Assembly: GCA_012295275.1 (NCBI GenBank) | Contig: CM022671.1 | Span: forward strand, 25,978,001 to 26,042,000 | Source: Chrysomallon squamiferum | Lineage: Eukaryota; Animalia; Mollusca | Direction: 5' to 3' | Length of the DNA: 64,000 nucleotides | Part shown: piece by piece, positions 48,479 through 63,090 of the stretch | Numbering within the stretch: the first letter of the stretch is position 1 | How the letters are laid out: every line of letters starts with the position of its first letter | Notes under the pieces: generated by a model | The model's input: only the letters and a program-made list of their open reading frames with translations | What the model was told of the DNA's origin: nothing | The model's database searches: none | Translations under genes and position numbers: made by a program

Positions 48479-51400
48479 TAAATGGTGTTTTTCTCTTTTA
48501 ACTTTCCAGTGTTATTTAAAAAGAATTAATTAGATTTCTTCATGCAAAAAAGATTTATTTTAATGAACTTTCTTAAAACAGACTATGGAAACCTTCAAAG
48601 TATCATCTAAGAGAAATTACAAGTATTCTTATTTCAGTTATTAATTTTTTTTTAATTTTTTTTTTTTTTTGAAATTAAAATAATATGAAAAAAGAAAAAA
48701 GTGTGAACAGAAAAAAAGGAAAAGGAAAAAAAAAGAGATGAAAAAATAAAAGGAAAAAAGAAAAAGAACCAATAAAAGAAGAAAAAAGAGAAAAATCCTT
48801 TTTACAGTTTTTTTTAATAAAGACTTGTGTAAATGTGGTGTGAAGGGAAGGTCTGTGTGCTGGCTGCTATAAGACATGTCTGATCAGCCAGCAAACAACC
48901 TGTTATTTATTTAATTTTTTTTATCTGGCTTAAACCAGACACACACCCACTGAATTGGTTTTTCAATCATCCCTCCAATTAATTAAACAGTCACGTTATA
49001 GCAGATGAGTCTTAGTTTAGTCAGATTTTGTGTCAAAGCTTTAATCTTATACATATTCTTCTGCAGTTATTACTTTCCATTAAGAAAATGTCTTTCTGCC
49101 AAGATATCCATCTAAAATCTCTAAATGTAATTCATGATTTTTCTTCTTTCAGATATCCTCTCAATTTTTTTAATTTTTTTAAAATATATTGAATAAGAAT
49201 AATTAAATTGTTTCATCATTAAATTGTTTGGGATGTTTGATACTACTTTCTTGCCAAAGATTTTTGTAACTGATCTTTGGAATATCTTTTTATTTTTTTT
49301 TTATTTTTTTTTATTGAACAGTATCAAGTGATACAGAGTTGCAATTGACTGCTGTTATCCTCACCGAGAAATAGGAAACATATGTCATCCTAAACCTCTG
49401 AATCTACAACTGGTAACAAACATTAGAATTTTAAATTAATATAGTTAAAAAAAAAAATTATTCTTTTTTTTTTAAAAAGGAAATATAATATATATATATA
49501 TATATAAAAATAAAATAATGATACATTTTATTATTTATGTTTGCAATTTAAATCATGAAATTTGCCATTCAGTCATTAAATTTAAGATTCTGGTATGCAA
49601 GGAAGATGTTATTTATCATCTCTCTACTGGTCTGTCTGAACCAATACACTGACAAACACATTAACACTCTGGCCACTGATTTTAAACTTTTAACCAACAG
49701 ATTACTAAGTTCATCACAATAAAACCTCCAATTATATTTAGATAGACAACTTGGCAGACATTTACATAAAATTTCTCCCAAATGCTCTTCTGTTTGATAG
49801 TGAAGATGGCTCATTATGCAGATGGTTCGAATGAAGTAAAACCAGACTGATGAATCAACAAACATGTTAATCATCACTAAGAAGGGGGATGCTTTCTGAT
49901 CAGTCAGTCCAACCACTCCTTGACTAAAAAACACTGCACCTATTAAAACTTTAAACACCCAAAGTCCTATTGATTCTCCTAGTTAATGATCATCATTAAA
50001 TCATGGTAATGCAAATATTTTCATAAGAATAGAGTTTGCCAAGTTCAAACCTGTCTAGCCAAAGAAATTGCATAGCTAATGGATAAATTATGGATACAGT
50101 GTAATCTATGTGAAAAACTTCCACATGATGTATTCTGACAGAATCATAGTAAAATTAATGAATAAATATGTGTTTGATGACACCTCAGTGCATTTTATCT
50201 GTCGTTATTCTGACAAACTGATACCTGAATTTCCAGTCAACAATTAACAAAAATGATGCTGATATTCAGCATTAAGTAGTCTTTCAACTTAAGACTTAAG
50301 AAGAAGAAGAAAAAAATCTATCTGAGCTTTTCTGATTCTCTGAATTCAAGTTTATTCTTTCTGTCATTTCTTTGAAATTTTACTTTTTCTTTTTTTCAAT
50401 TAATTTCAGAGATCTTTAATCCCAAATAGTTCACTGCAGCATTAAATGTAAATGATCAGCAAATTTTCACCCAATGGAATTCAATCTTCTGATTTATTAG
50501 AAGTTGGCAGAAAGTTTGCTTAAGTGTACTCAGTCAGATGAATTCAAATCAGCTTCAAATTAGAAGCAGGAATCGATATTAAATTTCAGTTATACAATTA
50601 AAAGACACCTTAAGATTCAACAAGAAAATGCCTTTGTTTCTCCCTTAAAACCAAATCAGTTTTATGAAATTTGAATTGAAAAAAACCCAGTAATAGTGAA
50701 ATGTAAGGAATATTAAATACAAAGAAAAGAAAATCATCTATTCAAAACACACTGACTTTCTTTTTCTAAAAATGTTTCCACACAATTTAATTAGTTATTG
50801 ACAGCTGAAACATTAAGATAAAGAACAAACATTGAAAATGCTTTGTAATACAATTATGTGTACTTTTAAGCTTCTTTGATCCCAATAAATGTCAATTTTT
50901 ATTTTTTATTTTACTACAGGAATAATTAGTAGTAATATGTTGGAACAAATATTAAAAAAAAAAGAAGAAAAAAGAAAGAATATATATAAAATTTTTAAAA
51001 ATGATCAAACAAAAAAAGAAGTAAAATAAAAATAGAATAATAATCTGTTAAATTTAGAATAACAGAAAATATGCTAGCTTTTAATGAAAAAATCATTTGT
51101 AAAATATCATATAACAACTGAACAAATAACATTTTATTAACATAAATGTAATACTGTAAAATATGCTTAAAACTGTAATGTAGTGTCATTTTGTGCATTT
51201 AATAATAATTTACACAGTGAAATTTAATTCTGTACTTGAAGTATATTAAATATAAAATTTAAAAATTGATGAAAATCAGATAAATTCAGAAAGGTAACAA
51301 GTAACTGAAAAAATTGCTGATATGAATATATATACATACATTTTTTTTTTTAAAGAAAAAAGTTAACAGTATGTATTGAAATAAATAAATAAAATAATGT

Positions 51401-52198
51401 TCAAGATAATTATTTCTCAGAATATTTTTTATTTAAATCTGGAAAATTTCAAAGCATATAATATTATAGTAATAATCACCAAATAACTAATCAGTCTTTC
51501 TCTCTTTGCCTGCTTTAATAATATTTCTTACAGCTTTTAGTCAAATCACAAAAATGTGAAACCTCTGTATTCTAACTCTTATTTATGTATTAATCCAGCA
51601 TAGTATATATTTTTTTTAAATCTGATTTCTGTTAGATATAAGATATACATATAAACTCACATGCAATACCCACACACACACACATCTTGTCAAAATTTAT
51701 ATTAAAAATTCCTGTCTAGAATATGATAGAGAAAAAAAAAAAACCCTGTATTTTAGCATTACTATCAGACAGGAAGGATAAACTATAACATTAAAATATT
51801 CAGTTATTTTTTTCAATTACCAAACGATGTGAGATTTCATTTTAAACTGTATTTTTATTAAGGCTATAACCATTGTTTGGCAGCAATAAAGGTGAGATAA
51901 AAAAATGCACTGACAGAGTTTATCTGTAACACATGAAAATCATCAAAGAGATTCTCCATTTTCTCATACTTCTTCAATTTTCTCCACCAACAATATTTAT
52001 TGATTGAACATCAATTGCTGCATTAATCAATAACTATCAGAATGGTAAAAAAAAAAAAGAAAAAAAAAAGGAAAGATAACTGAATTTCATGTCAAACATG
52101 CACTCCTTTTCTCTGATTAGCCTCAGTAAAGGAGAGAAAAAAAAAGAAGCATTTTCCTATTAACCATCGACTTTCTCTGCAGAAGAAAAGTATTATAG

Positions 52199-52240
<42 letters not shown>

Positions 52241-54990
52241 AAGGAGATGGGTCCTCCATAAATTAATAAATAAATAAAATTATAAAAATAATAATAATAA
52301 AATAAGATAAAATTAAAACAATAAAATAAACAAATCAGTTAAAAAAGCACTAAGAAATATATTTTATTATTTATTTATTACTGTTATTATTATTTGTTTT
52401 CATAATGGTGAAATTAATTTAGTTTATTGGCAACAGCAAACATTACAAATGCAATGAAATTAAATAGACAGACCCACATGGACATGTATTTATTGTAAAT
52501 AATTGATTTTAGTTTTTCTGTTTCAAATATTTATATAAAATTTTGAGATAAAATTTAACACCAATTCTAATTTAATAAAAGAAAGGCAGGATTATTAATT
52601 AAACTTCTGTATCTTAATTCATTTTCCTAAGTTCAAACAAGCCAATGAATATCAAATATGCCTGATATAAAATATTTGTATTGTGATCAATAACAACAAA
52701 CACCATATGGCTTTAATGTATACAATGATTCTGTAGAACCAATATTTAACATTTTTTTAAAAGTCCTTTTTCTGTATGTTACCTGGTTTTGAAATTTTTA
52801 TATGTGTAATATACTTGATATCCCAAATATTATCATTACATATTTAATATGAAAATCATGCATCTGTGATTCGTTTAATGTAATATAACAAACTTTATAT
52901 GACATAAATATATACACTGATTCTATTGTACAAATAACAAACTTCTAATCATACTAAAAAAAAAAAGAATAGTAATAATAAAATAAAAATATCCCTATTG
53001 TGCAACAAATAAATATTTAATGACAACCTGTCACATGAGCTAATATTATATATGGTGTTGTATTTCACATGTGATAACATAACACACAAGATCAAAATTC
53101 GCACAGTGTGAAATTAACTAATAACATGCCCAATGCCTCAGAGGAATGTTAAATGAGCAGTGCTTTAAGAGGTTATTATTTTTTTCTTCTTCTTGATACA
53201 TTTATTAATTTTAAATTAAGGAGTTAACATTCACATACTCTGAAAAATTACATTATAATATCCTCTTTGGCTTCAAAGAATTGCTAAATTAAGCAATTTC
53301 CCCCCTTTGAACCAATTTTTTTTTCACTCTTAATAATTAAGATTCACCTACTGTGAAATTTTAAAGATAACATTCCTATTGGTACCAAGAAGTTTTAAAT
53401 AAAGTCTTTTTGACCCTTAAATAATAAAATAATTTTAACTTGTGAAAGAAAATGAATATTCATCAATATGAAACTCTTAAAATACCTTTAGCAACTTCTA
53501 ACAAAATACACAAAAAAAAAAAACACCAAAAAATTGCGTAACAAAGATATAGCAGATCCAATAAGCACAAGTAATTATTAAAACTAATTGTTCCACCTTA
53601 CAACTACAACTTCATTCATTATAAATGCTAAACATACGTTTTCTTTTATGGCATTAACTGATTAAGAGCAAAAATTCTAAATGTACAAAACATTTTTGTA
53701 TCAAAGTTCATTATTTTTAATCAGAATGAAACAAGATTATTTCAGTTCACTGTCATTTTTTTTTTTTTTTAATAATGCTTGTATTTTATTTTTGTTTTAT
53801 TTCAAATAAATGGAAATACAAAGTCAACAGGATATCCAAATCATAAAAAAACAGAATATTAGATTTTTTTAATCTTTAATTAGCTAATTTAATATCACTA
53901 AAATGTCATAAAGTTTTTTTAATAATATTTTTAAAAAACCAACAAAAAAACCCAAAACAATAACAAACAAATAATTAAGTTAAAAAAAAGAAAAGAAAAG
54001 AAAGGAATGTATTAAAATATTAATTCAGAAGTTGGATGGGTTATTTTTAAAAAAAAAATGATATTATATTTCTGTTTTTTTTCTGTATTGCCCTTCACCT
54101 TTTATTGTTAAGCCAACAATATCTTTAAGCATAATAATCATTGTTGTTAATAAGCTGACTGCTTGTCAAGTTAAATATCCAAAAAATCACCATTCACAGC
54201 ATGGTTTTTTCCTGCAAATGACTTCCAAAACAGGAAGTAATTGTGAGGCCAATATAATCAGGAAATTGCTTTACATTGTTTGCTTGATAAAGAACCACCC
54301 TTCTGGCAAAACTCATAAAACCAATGATTGATAGACACAGACCTATAGGTGCAGCAAATCCAAAAGGTTATCAAAACGTCTTCAAAAATGTTCTGCCAAT
54401 ATAATGGCCATGTAGTTTAAATAAATAAAACCACTTGCTGTTTACCTTATTCAAAATCAAAAACAATTACCCAGTACCAATGTTCTCATTAGCCTCAACT
54501 GTAACAGTAATTACAACAACATGTTAATAAATAAATAAAATAAAAAATAAAATTAGTTTTCCCTTATCTGTTGCTTGGTACTCAGATTTATTAGCATTAT
54601 TAAAATGCATAGAAACAAGTTAAATAATAAATTAAGATGCAGCTTTTATTACTGTTGTATTTAAAAAATAAAATAATAAACATTTAGTCAGTGATTAGTA
54701 ACTATATTACAAAGCTAACAGAATAATACCTTCACGTTCAAAATTACTACTACTTCAACTGCTATTACTACTTTTAATAATACTGCAACTGCTATTATTA
54801 AAATTATTTAAATCAGATATTATTATTATTGTTACTATTACTATATAAATCAAATATTTAAAACTACATTTCTCAAATTCATTGGTTAAGACATATATGA
54901 TAATGTCTTTCCTATGACAATCTCCAACTGCTGTGATCTCATAATGATTTCACAACTCCAGAACACTACAGACTTCCACTGTGGAAGCAA

Positions 54991-55185
54991 TATAAAGAAA
55001 ACTATCGCTGCATTGGCCAGTCAGTTGTATTGGTTAACTTCAGTACAGGAACATCTAACACTTGACAGTAGTAAAAGGCTATGTAGTGTAAGGAAGCAAA
55101 CAGCATTTACATTATGATACAACGGTCTGTAGATGAGAAACAAACAGAATGACAAAGACTAATAACCATTCTGGCTGGTCTGATG
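54991..55185 (+). promoter_or_regulatory. Candidate TATA+Inr core promoter and first non-coding exon, probably of the downstream GPCR
   Basis: TATAAAGA at 54991 and a consensus Inr TCAGTT at 55021-55026 (A+1 = 55023, 32 nt from TATA). Donor ATG|GTGAGT at 55185/55186. Confidence 0.55.
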
Positions 55186-55871
55186 GTGAGTAATTTTTTT
55201 ATATATATATATATATTACACTGATATTTTGATAAGGTAAATCTGAACATGTATTGTTTAAAAATACTTCTTTCTTTACAAGTCAGAAGGCTGATTGTAA
55301 TCTTGAAGGTATTATAGTAGGTATGTGACAGATTTGTATTCAGAATTAATGAATTTTTTTCTTCTTCTTCTTCTTTTTTCTAGTTTGTAAAACAGTAAAG
55401 AGATAAGTTTTTAAATTAGTTCATTTAAAGGATGATCACTTTATAAGGGCATTTTACAAAAATATAAATGTTTCAGTGTGTAACAACTGAGTAGCTACTT
55501 AATAAAAATAATTATTTAGTCTGACATTTTTTATAAGTGTAATAAACTTGAATGGATATGGGTTTGAGAAGTAAAGAGAACATTTAAATTTAATTTTTTT
55601 TGTTTAATGGTCTTGCACTATTAAAATGAAGAAGAAAGAAACTGTTACCAAATTAAATCAACTTAACAATTAAATTGAAGTTACAGTGGTAATAAAATTA
55701 ATTTTCTTTTTTGTTAGATCTGTAAATAAGCTAATCTAATTCATATTCTAAAGAGAAAATAAAACTTTAAGTATATAAAAATACAAATGAAAAAAAGACT
55801 GGAGGTAAATGACTGGTATTTTTGAGGCCACAGGTAAAATTGTAATTCAATGTTCCTTTCATTTTCTCAGA

Positions 55872-56003
<132 letters not shown>

Positions 56004-56262
56004 AATATAATACAGTAACCTGGAATTCTGCAAAATACGTTTTGGCCATTTTTACATATTATCAGAAGTTATTATAAACATATATTAAATGTATACATAA
56101 ATATTTAACAATATACAATACATTTTAATACTTAATGTATTTTTCTGCTATTATTTTTAAAAATTTTGTTCCATTTTCTTACATATATAAATTAATCTAT
56201 AAAAAGGTTTGAAAGAATGTTACTGTTATTTCTGAAGCTATACAAAAGCTATCACAATGATA

Positions 56263-56307
<45 letters not shown>

Positions 56308-57376
56308 TGCATACATAGAGGCATTGAAATAATTAAGAAGTGTAAATATTACACATTTGTAACAGCTGATCAGTGGTTGTTTGACACAGCACAAAGTTAT
56401 TTATTTATTGTATTCTGTCTTCTGTGATGTCACTGTGACGTCTTAGAAAAAGTTTGTAATGACAGTGGTTTTGTTCTCTAATGTAAGTATGTTTTAGTTA
56501 CCCATTTTCACAAATGAAGAACAACTTTGATAATAATAATAATAATAAAATAGAACAAAATAAAAATAATATAATAATAATAATAATAATAATAATTATT
56601 ATTATTATTATTATTATTATTATTTTAATTTAGTTATTCACTGGATATACCGCTAATAGTAATAAAAGTAAAAGTAATAATAATGATAATGATTATAATA
56701 ACAACAACAACAACAATAATAACCTACTTAACTATCTTCTAAATTAAGCTAAAACAAACAAAAGTAACTGGGTATCTCAGGAAACCATGTTTTCATGAAA
56801 AATATTATATTCTGTGTATACTTCAACCTGACGAACCTTTAACATTCACAAAACCACATCTTGATGAATAAAATCTCTTCAGACAACAGTATATTGCTTA
56901 AGTGGATTATGTTTTGTGCCAAAAAATTTGTATTGCTTTAATTCAGTTACATAATGAAAATTGGCTGATATGTTATTATTACCTATATTATTATTATTAT
57001 TACTACTACTACTACTGCAGATGTAGGAAATCAGATATGGCGGAGGGATCAGCATTATTATTAATAATAACATTTCATTGCAATTTATAAAAAGAAAAAA
57101 TAATGAAAAGTTAGTTTTATGTGCACACAAACCTGGGATTTACTATAACAATTACTGTTTGTGTGTATATTTACATTTTTTCATTCAGAGTTTTTGTTTT
57201 ATTTACTTACTTTCAAACTGACATGCCAATAAAAGTGAAAATGTAAAAAAAAAATTCAAATCGTACTTTGTGTAACATTGCTATACCCCCCCCTTCTTGA
57301 CAACAACATTTTACACTATTTTAAAGTATTTCTATATCACTTTTTTTACATTGTTTTAAAAACCTTTTGTTTTCAG

Positions 57377-57412
57377 CTTACAGAATCAAAGATTAATATT
57401 TTATGACATCAG
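57377..57412 (+). other. Candidate 36-nt 5'-UTR exon of the GPCR transcript
   Basis: Acceptor ccttttgttttcag ending at 57376 and donor CAG|GTAAAA at 57412/57413. Confidence 0.35.
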
Positions 57413-58737
57413 GTAAAATAATATTAATAAAAATAACTGGATCATGGTTTTATGAGATTTCCCCCCATTACTGTTTCCAATCTCATTAACATTCATGTCT
57501 GTAACAATAACTTACAGAAGACATTTTCATTATTATCCCACATTATGGGATATTTTTGATACCTTGTTTTTATTTACTGGACATAATTATTGGTGGACTT
57601 CTTAGAAATTAAATGAATGTGTTGCAAAAGATGTTTTGGTTGAAATAAATTATTTATTTTTTAAATTTATAATTTTTAAAAAAAAATTTCACAATCTGCC
57701 ACTAAGTCATAGGTATGGTACATTTTCAGATGCCAAATTACATTTAAATATAAAATATTTAGCATTTTAATCTAATTTATTTATTTATTTACTTATTCTT
57801 TTTTTTTTTTTTTTTGGGGGGGGGTAAAACTTTAAAGAGATGAAAGAAAAAAAGAACAGCAACAATAAAATTAACAACAAAAATAATAATACATAAATGA
57901 AAAAGAAAACAAAAAGAAAACTAATACCAAAAGAAAACACCTGATATTTCTTATAATTTATAACAATTTCCCCATATACTATGTTTATAATTATTAGATG
58001 TTCTAAGCAGTTCAGCACAATTAAAAACCCACCAGATCTAATTACAATTCCCATAAGGTACCTAAATACTTATACTATTAGGTATACAGTTCCAGATCAC
58101 AATACTTTAAAATGAAGTCAATTATTAATTAATTTGTACTAGTTAGCTTTATTAGGACCATAAAAAATAATAATAAAATAAAATTAAAAAATCAGTCAAA
58201 CAATCCCAGACTGGTCTAGTGAGAACAAAAAAAAATAAAAAATAATAATAATAATAATAATAAAATAAAAAAATTCCAGACTGGTAGAAAATGTCATGTG
58301 AATCATGTGAAAATTTCAATTTACTTTCCATGAAAAACATGTCCAATATGCAGACTGTCTCATAAATCAAAAACACACAGAGAAACCATTCTCTTGATAG
58401 AAAATGCAAGAAAATGTCCACGAAAGACAAAAATGACACCACAGTTGTAGATGACCTTTTCTCAGCATAAAGTCATCCTGGGGAAGTATTCATACTTATT
58501 TATATATTAAGGAATTGAGAGTAAAAAAAAAAAAAAAAGATTGTGTAACTAAATTGATTAATGTAATTTAATATATTGAGTGTTTTTCCTTTTTATTTTT
58601 TTAGTTGATTCTGTTATCAGTTTTGTTCATACATATATAATGAAAAAAATAAAGAAATTTATAATAATTTTTTTTTTTTAAATTAATTTTTTTTTTTGGC
58701 TGAAAAAAATAAAAAAAAGAGTTTAATGTTAGTGTTT

Positions 58738-58811
58738 GTTGAATAAAAAAACCAATTAATCTCTGATTTTTAAAATTAAATTAAAAAGAAACATTCTGTG
58801 GTTTATGTGTT

Positions 58812-58879
<68 letters not shown>

Positions 58880-59036
58880 AATTATGCAGAATGAATGGTT
58901 CTTATTTTGCCATTACAGTAGCTGTTCGTCCAGTAAAAATGACAGTCTAAATTAGATCTTGTTGAATAAAAAAAGCAAAAAATCACTGATTTTTAATATT
59001 CAGTTAAAAAGAAAAATTCTGTAGTTTATGTGTGTA

Positions 59037-59116
<80 letters not shown>

Positions 59117-59180
59117 ATACAGAATGAAGATTCTTATTTTACCATTACAGTCACTGTTCGTCCAGGAAAAATGACAGTCT
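58738..59180. repeat. Tandem duplication of a ~220-bp unit, each copy containing a (GA)n tract
   Basis: gttgaataaaaaaa...ctgattttta...attctgt.gtttatgtgt...(GA)n...gaattat.cagaatgaa...ttcttattt...ccattacagt...ctgttcgtccag.aaaaatgacagtct occurs twice. Confidence 0.9.
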
Positions 59181-61149
59181 TTCAGAAAATGAAAGAACAT
59201 GGTAAAAAAAAAATCCACATAATTTGTGCCAGCCATGTTTTTTGTTAGTGTTGTATTTTTCTAAAGCTGTAATTCATTTTCAGAAATCAGGACAGTGTGA
59301 TACTGATTACATGAACAATGAAAATGCCCCCAATCTGAAACAGATCTTATATCATCTTCCATGTAAGGACTGTTATGTAAGAAAACATTCAGATCTAAAA
59401 TTCACATTCCTCGAGGAATTATTATTGTTGTTTTTGTTATCACTATCATTTTACTTGTTGCTGTTGTTGTTGTTAATTTCAAATTTATTTATTAATTTAT
59501 CTACTAGTTTTCAAATAAACACATTGATAAAAAAAGGTCCCAGACAGTATTTTTCTTAGTTAAATGTCAAATTCAGAGAAAATTATTTTATTTTATTCTA
59601 TCACCAGAATCAATATAAAAAATGAATTATATAAAAAGAAAAGAAAAAAAAAAAGAATTAAAAATGAAATCTAATACATAATAACATTAAAAATCAAACA
59701 ATTTTACAAGTGATGAAGTTGATATCTTTTATCTTGATAAGTAGAATTTATTCTTGTTCTGTTTAAATAATAAATAAATGCTAGACACACAATAAAATAA
59801 AAGCTAAGCCAGCCATATAATTATTTATGCTGTTATTGTGTGTGTGTGTGTGTGTCCAAAATTGGAACGTAAGTCAATTAAAAAATGGTATTTACTGTTC
59901 AGACATTTTTCCAGATGTATAGCTACCAGAAATCAGCAAATGAAAGTGAAATATTTAGCCATTTTATATGTAAAAGATATTAGATATATACAACATTTTG
60001 TTAATGCTACTTAAAGAAAGAATATAATAAATATATAATAAAAAAAAAAAAAAAAAAATAAAATAAAATAAAATAAAAAGTGCAAAGTCCTTAATTTAAC
60101 TAGAACATGTGGGTATGAAATAATTAAATATGAATAACAGGAAGACAAACAGAAAAACGGAGCAGTGCAATTAATCTATTGAGAAACTTGGAAAGAAAAT
60201 GTAAATGTGGAAAAATAAACACTGCCAGAGAAACTAAAGTCGTGGAGAAGAGCAGATGATCCTGACAGTATTAATGATATCAGCACCGCGTAGATACACA
60301 TCATTGGTGTTAGTGAAAATGAGCACTTTCTCTGATTCTCCAGAGGTAGCTTGAAAAACTGGATGCCTGTAGCTGCTGTATGTGTCCCTGCACTTGTAAC
60401 AGAACTGTTAAAACCGTTAATTTGAACTTGTTTGAGACCTTTGCTTCAATTTGAGATCAGTTCAGGAATATTAAAAATTAGATCATCCTAAACTTTTTCA
60501 GATTAAGTGGGAATATTTTGGGTGTGAAATTAGATCAAGTAATTTAGAGCCGAGACAAGACAGTTAATTCTGTGATGCTGTTCTTTACCAAGATTCTGAG
60601 TGATATCAGTTAGCTCTTATAGCATCATGTTGGGGTTTTTGTATTATGCAAAAATATTTAACTGCTTTCAAATTTGTTCGGGCCTGTGAAACATTGAATG
60701 AATAACATGTTATATATATGTGTAAACCTAGCCTGACATCCCATGCAACTTAAATGACATAGTTTAGTCTTGGTCTATTGGAGGGGAAGGTTTAAATTCA
60801 TCTTAAAGTAAACATGGAAAACACAAAGATCACAGATGTTACCAAAATGAAATAAATAAAAACAAACGAAATTTTTCCCTTTCTCTCTCTTAACCTATTC
60901 TGATAGGATTGGTTACATCACTGCAATATCAAGCCTCTACTTCCTGATGGGAAATGTCGGTTATTGAATACAAGGAAATTCACAAGGAGAGTAACTGCTA
61001 ACCAAGTCTTTGTTGAACACAACAGATGATAGTGAAGAACAAGTGATGTTAAGAGACAGTGAATATAATGAGTTAACTGTGTGAATATTTCAAATGTGTC
61101 AAATTACATGTGGATGGATCAACATTAAAACAACTTTTATTATAATTAG

Positions 61150-61570
61150 TATACAGTGTTTATCAATATTTATCAAGTCTGAATTATAATAATATATGCT
61201 TCAAGTTAATTATGTCTGGTGTATCTAAAACTAATATATGACTGTGAATTTATTGTCACTGCTTTATCTAAAACTAATATATAACTGAGTTAATTATGAC
61301 AAGTATATCTAAACAAGTCTGGGTTGATCAGTATATCTGAAACTAATATATCTCTTTGAGTTGATTATGAGCTGTAGATACCTAAGTATAACATGTGACT
61401 GATTATGACCAGTATATCTATAGATATAATATATAACCACAAGCTGATTAAGACAGACTGGTGTATATAAAACTGTGATGTTACTGTCAAATAACTGTGA
61501 CAGGTATAGCTGTAATATATGATTATCAGTCGATTATGACCCATGCATCTAAAACTGTAATATATTTGTA
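61150..61570. repeat. Degenerate ~40-bp minisatellite (about 9-10 copies) upstream of the GPCR
   Basis: Recurring unit similar to gattatgaccagtatatctaaaactaatatataactgagtt. Confidence 0.75.
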
Positions 61571-62085
61571 ATTGCTGTGTCTACACAATAACATCTGAGA
61601 GAATTTCATCTGATTATCATCTTTTTAGTTAACCTGATTCATAGGACAATCAATGTTTAATTTTAAATTTTATATCAGATATTTCAAATACATTAACATG
61701 AATAAAATGTCTTTTGCTTAAAGGTGTGGGTTTTATTTCTAAATTAAAACCATGATCTGTAACAGTACTTACTGTAACACGATATAAATATGCCTGTTAC
61801 AACAGATATGTAGGCTGTACAGAACATCTTGAAAGAGGTTTCAACAACAAGTAAGTAACAATTTCCTGAGTCTTTAAAAGAAATTCGTCAACAATGGGTT
61901 CATTTAACAATGTTATTTACTCTTTCGTTATGAAAACTTTCTGAGTTGAACATATTTTAATACTTTGATTTAATTTATCTTTTTCAGAGCTCCAGTGACA
62001 AAAGAATGGACAAAGAAACATCATGAAAAAAAGAAAGTAAACTGAAAATGATTCTCTCTACATTCTGATAAAACTTATAGCTAAC

Positions 62086-63090
62086 ATGGCAGAAACTCCG
62101 AGAAATATTACAGCTGAGCAGAGTAATTTCACAGACTGTAATTATTATGGTTGCATTCCTGATGCTACCTTGGTAGCAGCAGAAATTGTGACTGCTATAT
62201 TTGCTGTCTGTGGATCGCTGGGAAATCTACTCACAGTTGTGGCCATAATGACGTCCAATCTGAGATCCTCCATTAATAGCATCCTCATCGGTCACCTCAG
62301 TACAGCTCAGATCATTTACTGTAGCATTATTCTCCCTTTTCAGGCACTGACATTCCACCGACACAGTTGGCCACTACATCATGATATATGCGTCTTTGAA
62401 GCAGCACTGAGAATTTGGATTATAGGTGTCGACATGATGCTTCTTAGTGCAATAGCCTTCTTTCGTTTTATTCACATCGTCCACTACCAGTTTTATGCCG
62501 ACGTCTCATCATTTAAACCTTTTATCATCATCGTAGTGTTTTGTTGGCTGTTTCCGCTAATTTTCAGTTTGACTCCTGTTGTTGGTGTTTGGGGCTCATA
62601 TTCGTTTCATTCTCAAACCTTGCAGTGCACCTTCACACAGATGAAGGACAAATCTCACAAATTAACAACAATAACACTAGGATATGTAATACCTGTTTTT
62701 TTCATAGTCTTTTGTTATGCCAGAATTGGATGTACTGCCTGCTTTTCAAGAAAAAGGATAGAGCGATCTTTAAGTGAAATGCGAAAACACAAGGTCCAAA
62801 AGGATTCATTCCGGCTCACAGCCATGATGTTATGTATATTCTGTCTGTTTCTTCTTGGTACAACTCCTTATTTTACAGTTAACATCTTGGATTCTGAGTT
62901 CAAGAAACCCCTGGCTCACATTTGGGCTCCATTCATGGCATGGTTCATGTACTGTATGAACCCTGTGGTGTACACAGTGATGGATGCCAATTTTCACAAA
63001 GCATTCAAGAGATTATTGTTGTGTCAAATATACTTCAAGGACAATTTTAGTTTTACTTCAAGTGCCAGAAATTCACAAGCTGGTGTGTAG
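62086..63090 (+). CDS. Class A (rhodopsin-like) GPCR, 334 aa, Tre1/moody/GPR84/melatonin-receptor-like orphan
   Basis: Uninterrupted ORF with seven hydrophobic segments. It has N-terminal N-glycosylation sites (NIT, NFT), GN in TM1 (GSLGNLLT), WP..IC before TM3, W4.50, an ECL2 Cys (LQCTF), P5.50 with FCYARI, NPVVY and a helix-8 F..AF..LL C motif. An upstream UTR intron runs 61851 (GTAAGT) to 61987 (ttttcag). The subfamily call rests on recalled similarity only. Confidence 0.93.
   Translation: MAETPRNITAEQSNFTDCNYYGCIPDATLVAAEIVTAIFAVCGSLGNLLTVVAIMTSNLRSSINSILIGHLSTAQIIYCSIILPFQALTFHRHSWPLHHDICVFEAALRIWIIGVDMMLLSAIAFFRFIHIVHYQFYADVSSFKPFIIIVVFCWLFPLIFSLTPVVGVWGSYSFHSQTLQCTFTQMKDKSHKLTTITLGYVIPVFFIVFCYARIGCTACFSRKRIERSLSEMRKHKVQKDSFRLTAMMLCIFCLFLLGTTPYFTVNILDSEFKKPLAHIWAPFMAWFMYCMNPVVYTVMDANFHKAFKRLLLCQIYFKDNFSFTSSARNSQAGV

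Noticed and set aside
49569-49958. 129-aa minus-strand ORF as a missing HDAC6 exon
   Set aside because: It shows no resemblance to HDAC catalytic motifs and has no convincing splice boundaries.
61150-61570. CRISPR-like array interpretation of the periodic repeats here and at 15289-15455
   Set aside because: The units are degenerate head-to-tail minisatellites without unique spacers, the context is eukaryotic, and there are no cas genes.
62086-63090. GPCR as an opsin (Glu at 3.28, the vertebrate rhodopsin counterion position)
   Set aside because: Position 7.43 is Trp (FMAWFMYCMNP), not the retinal-binding Lys.
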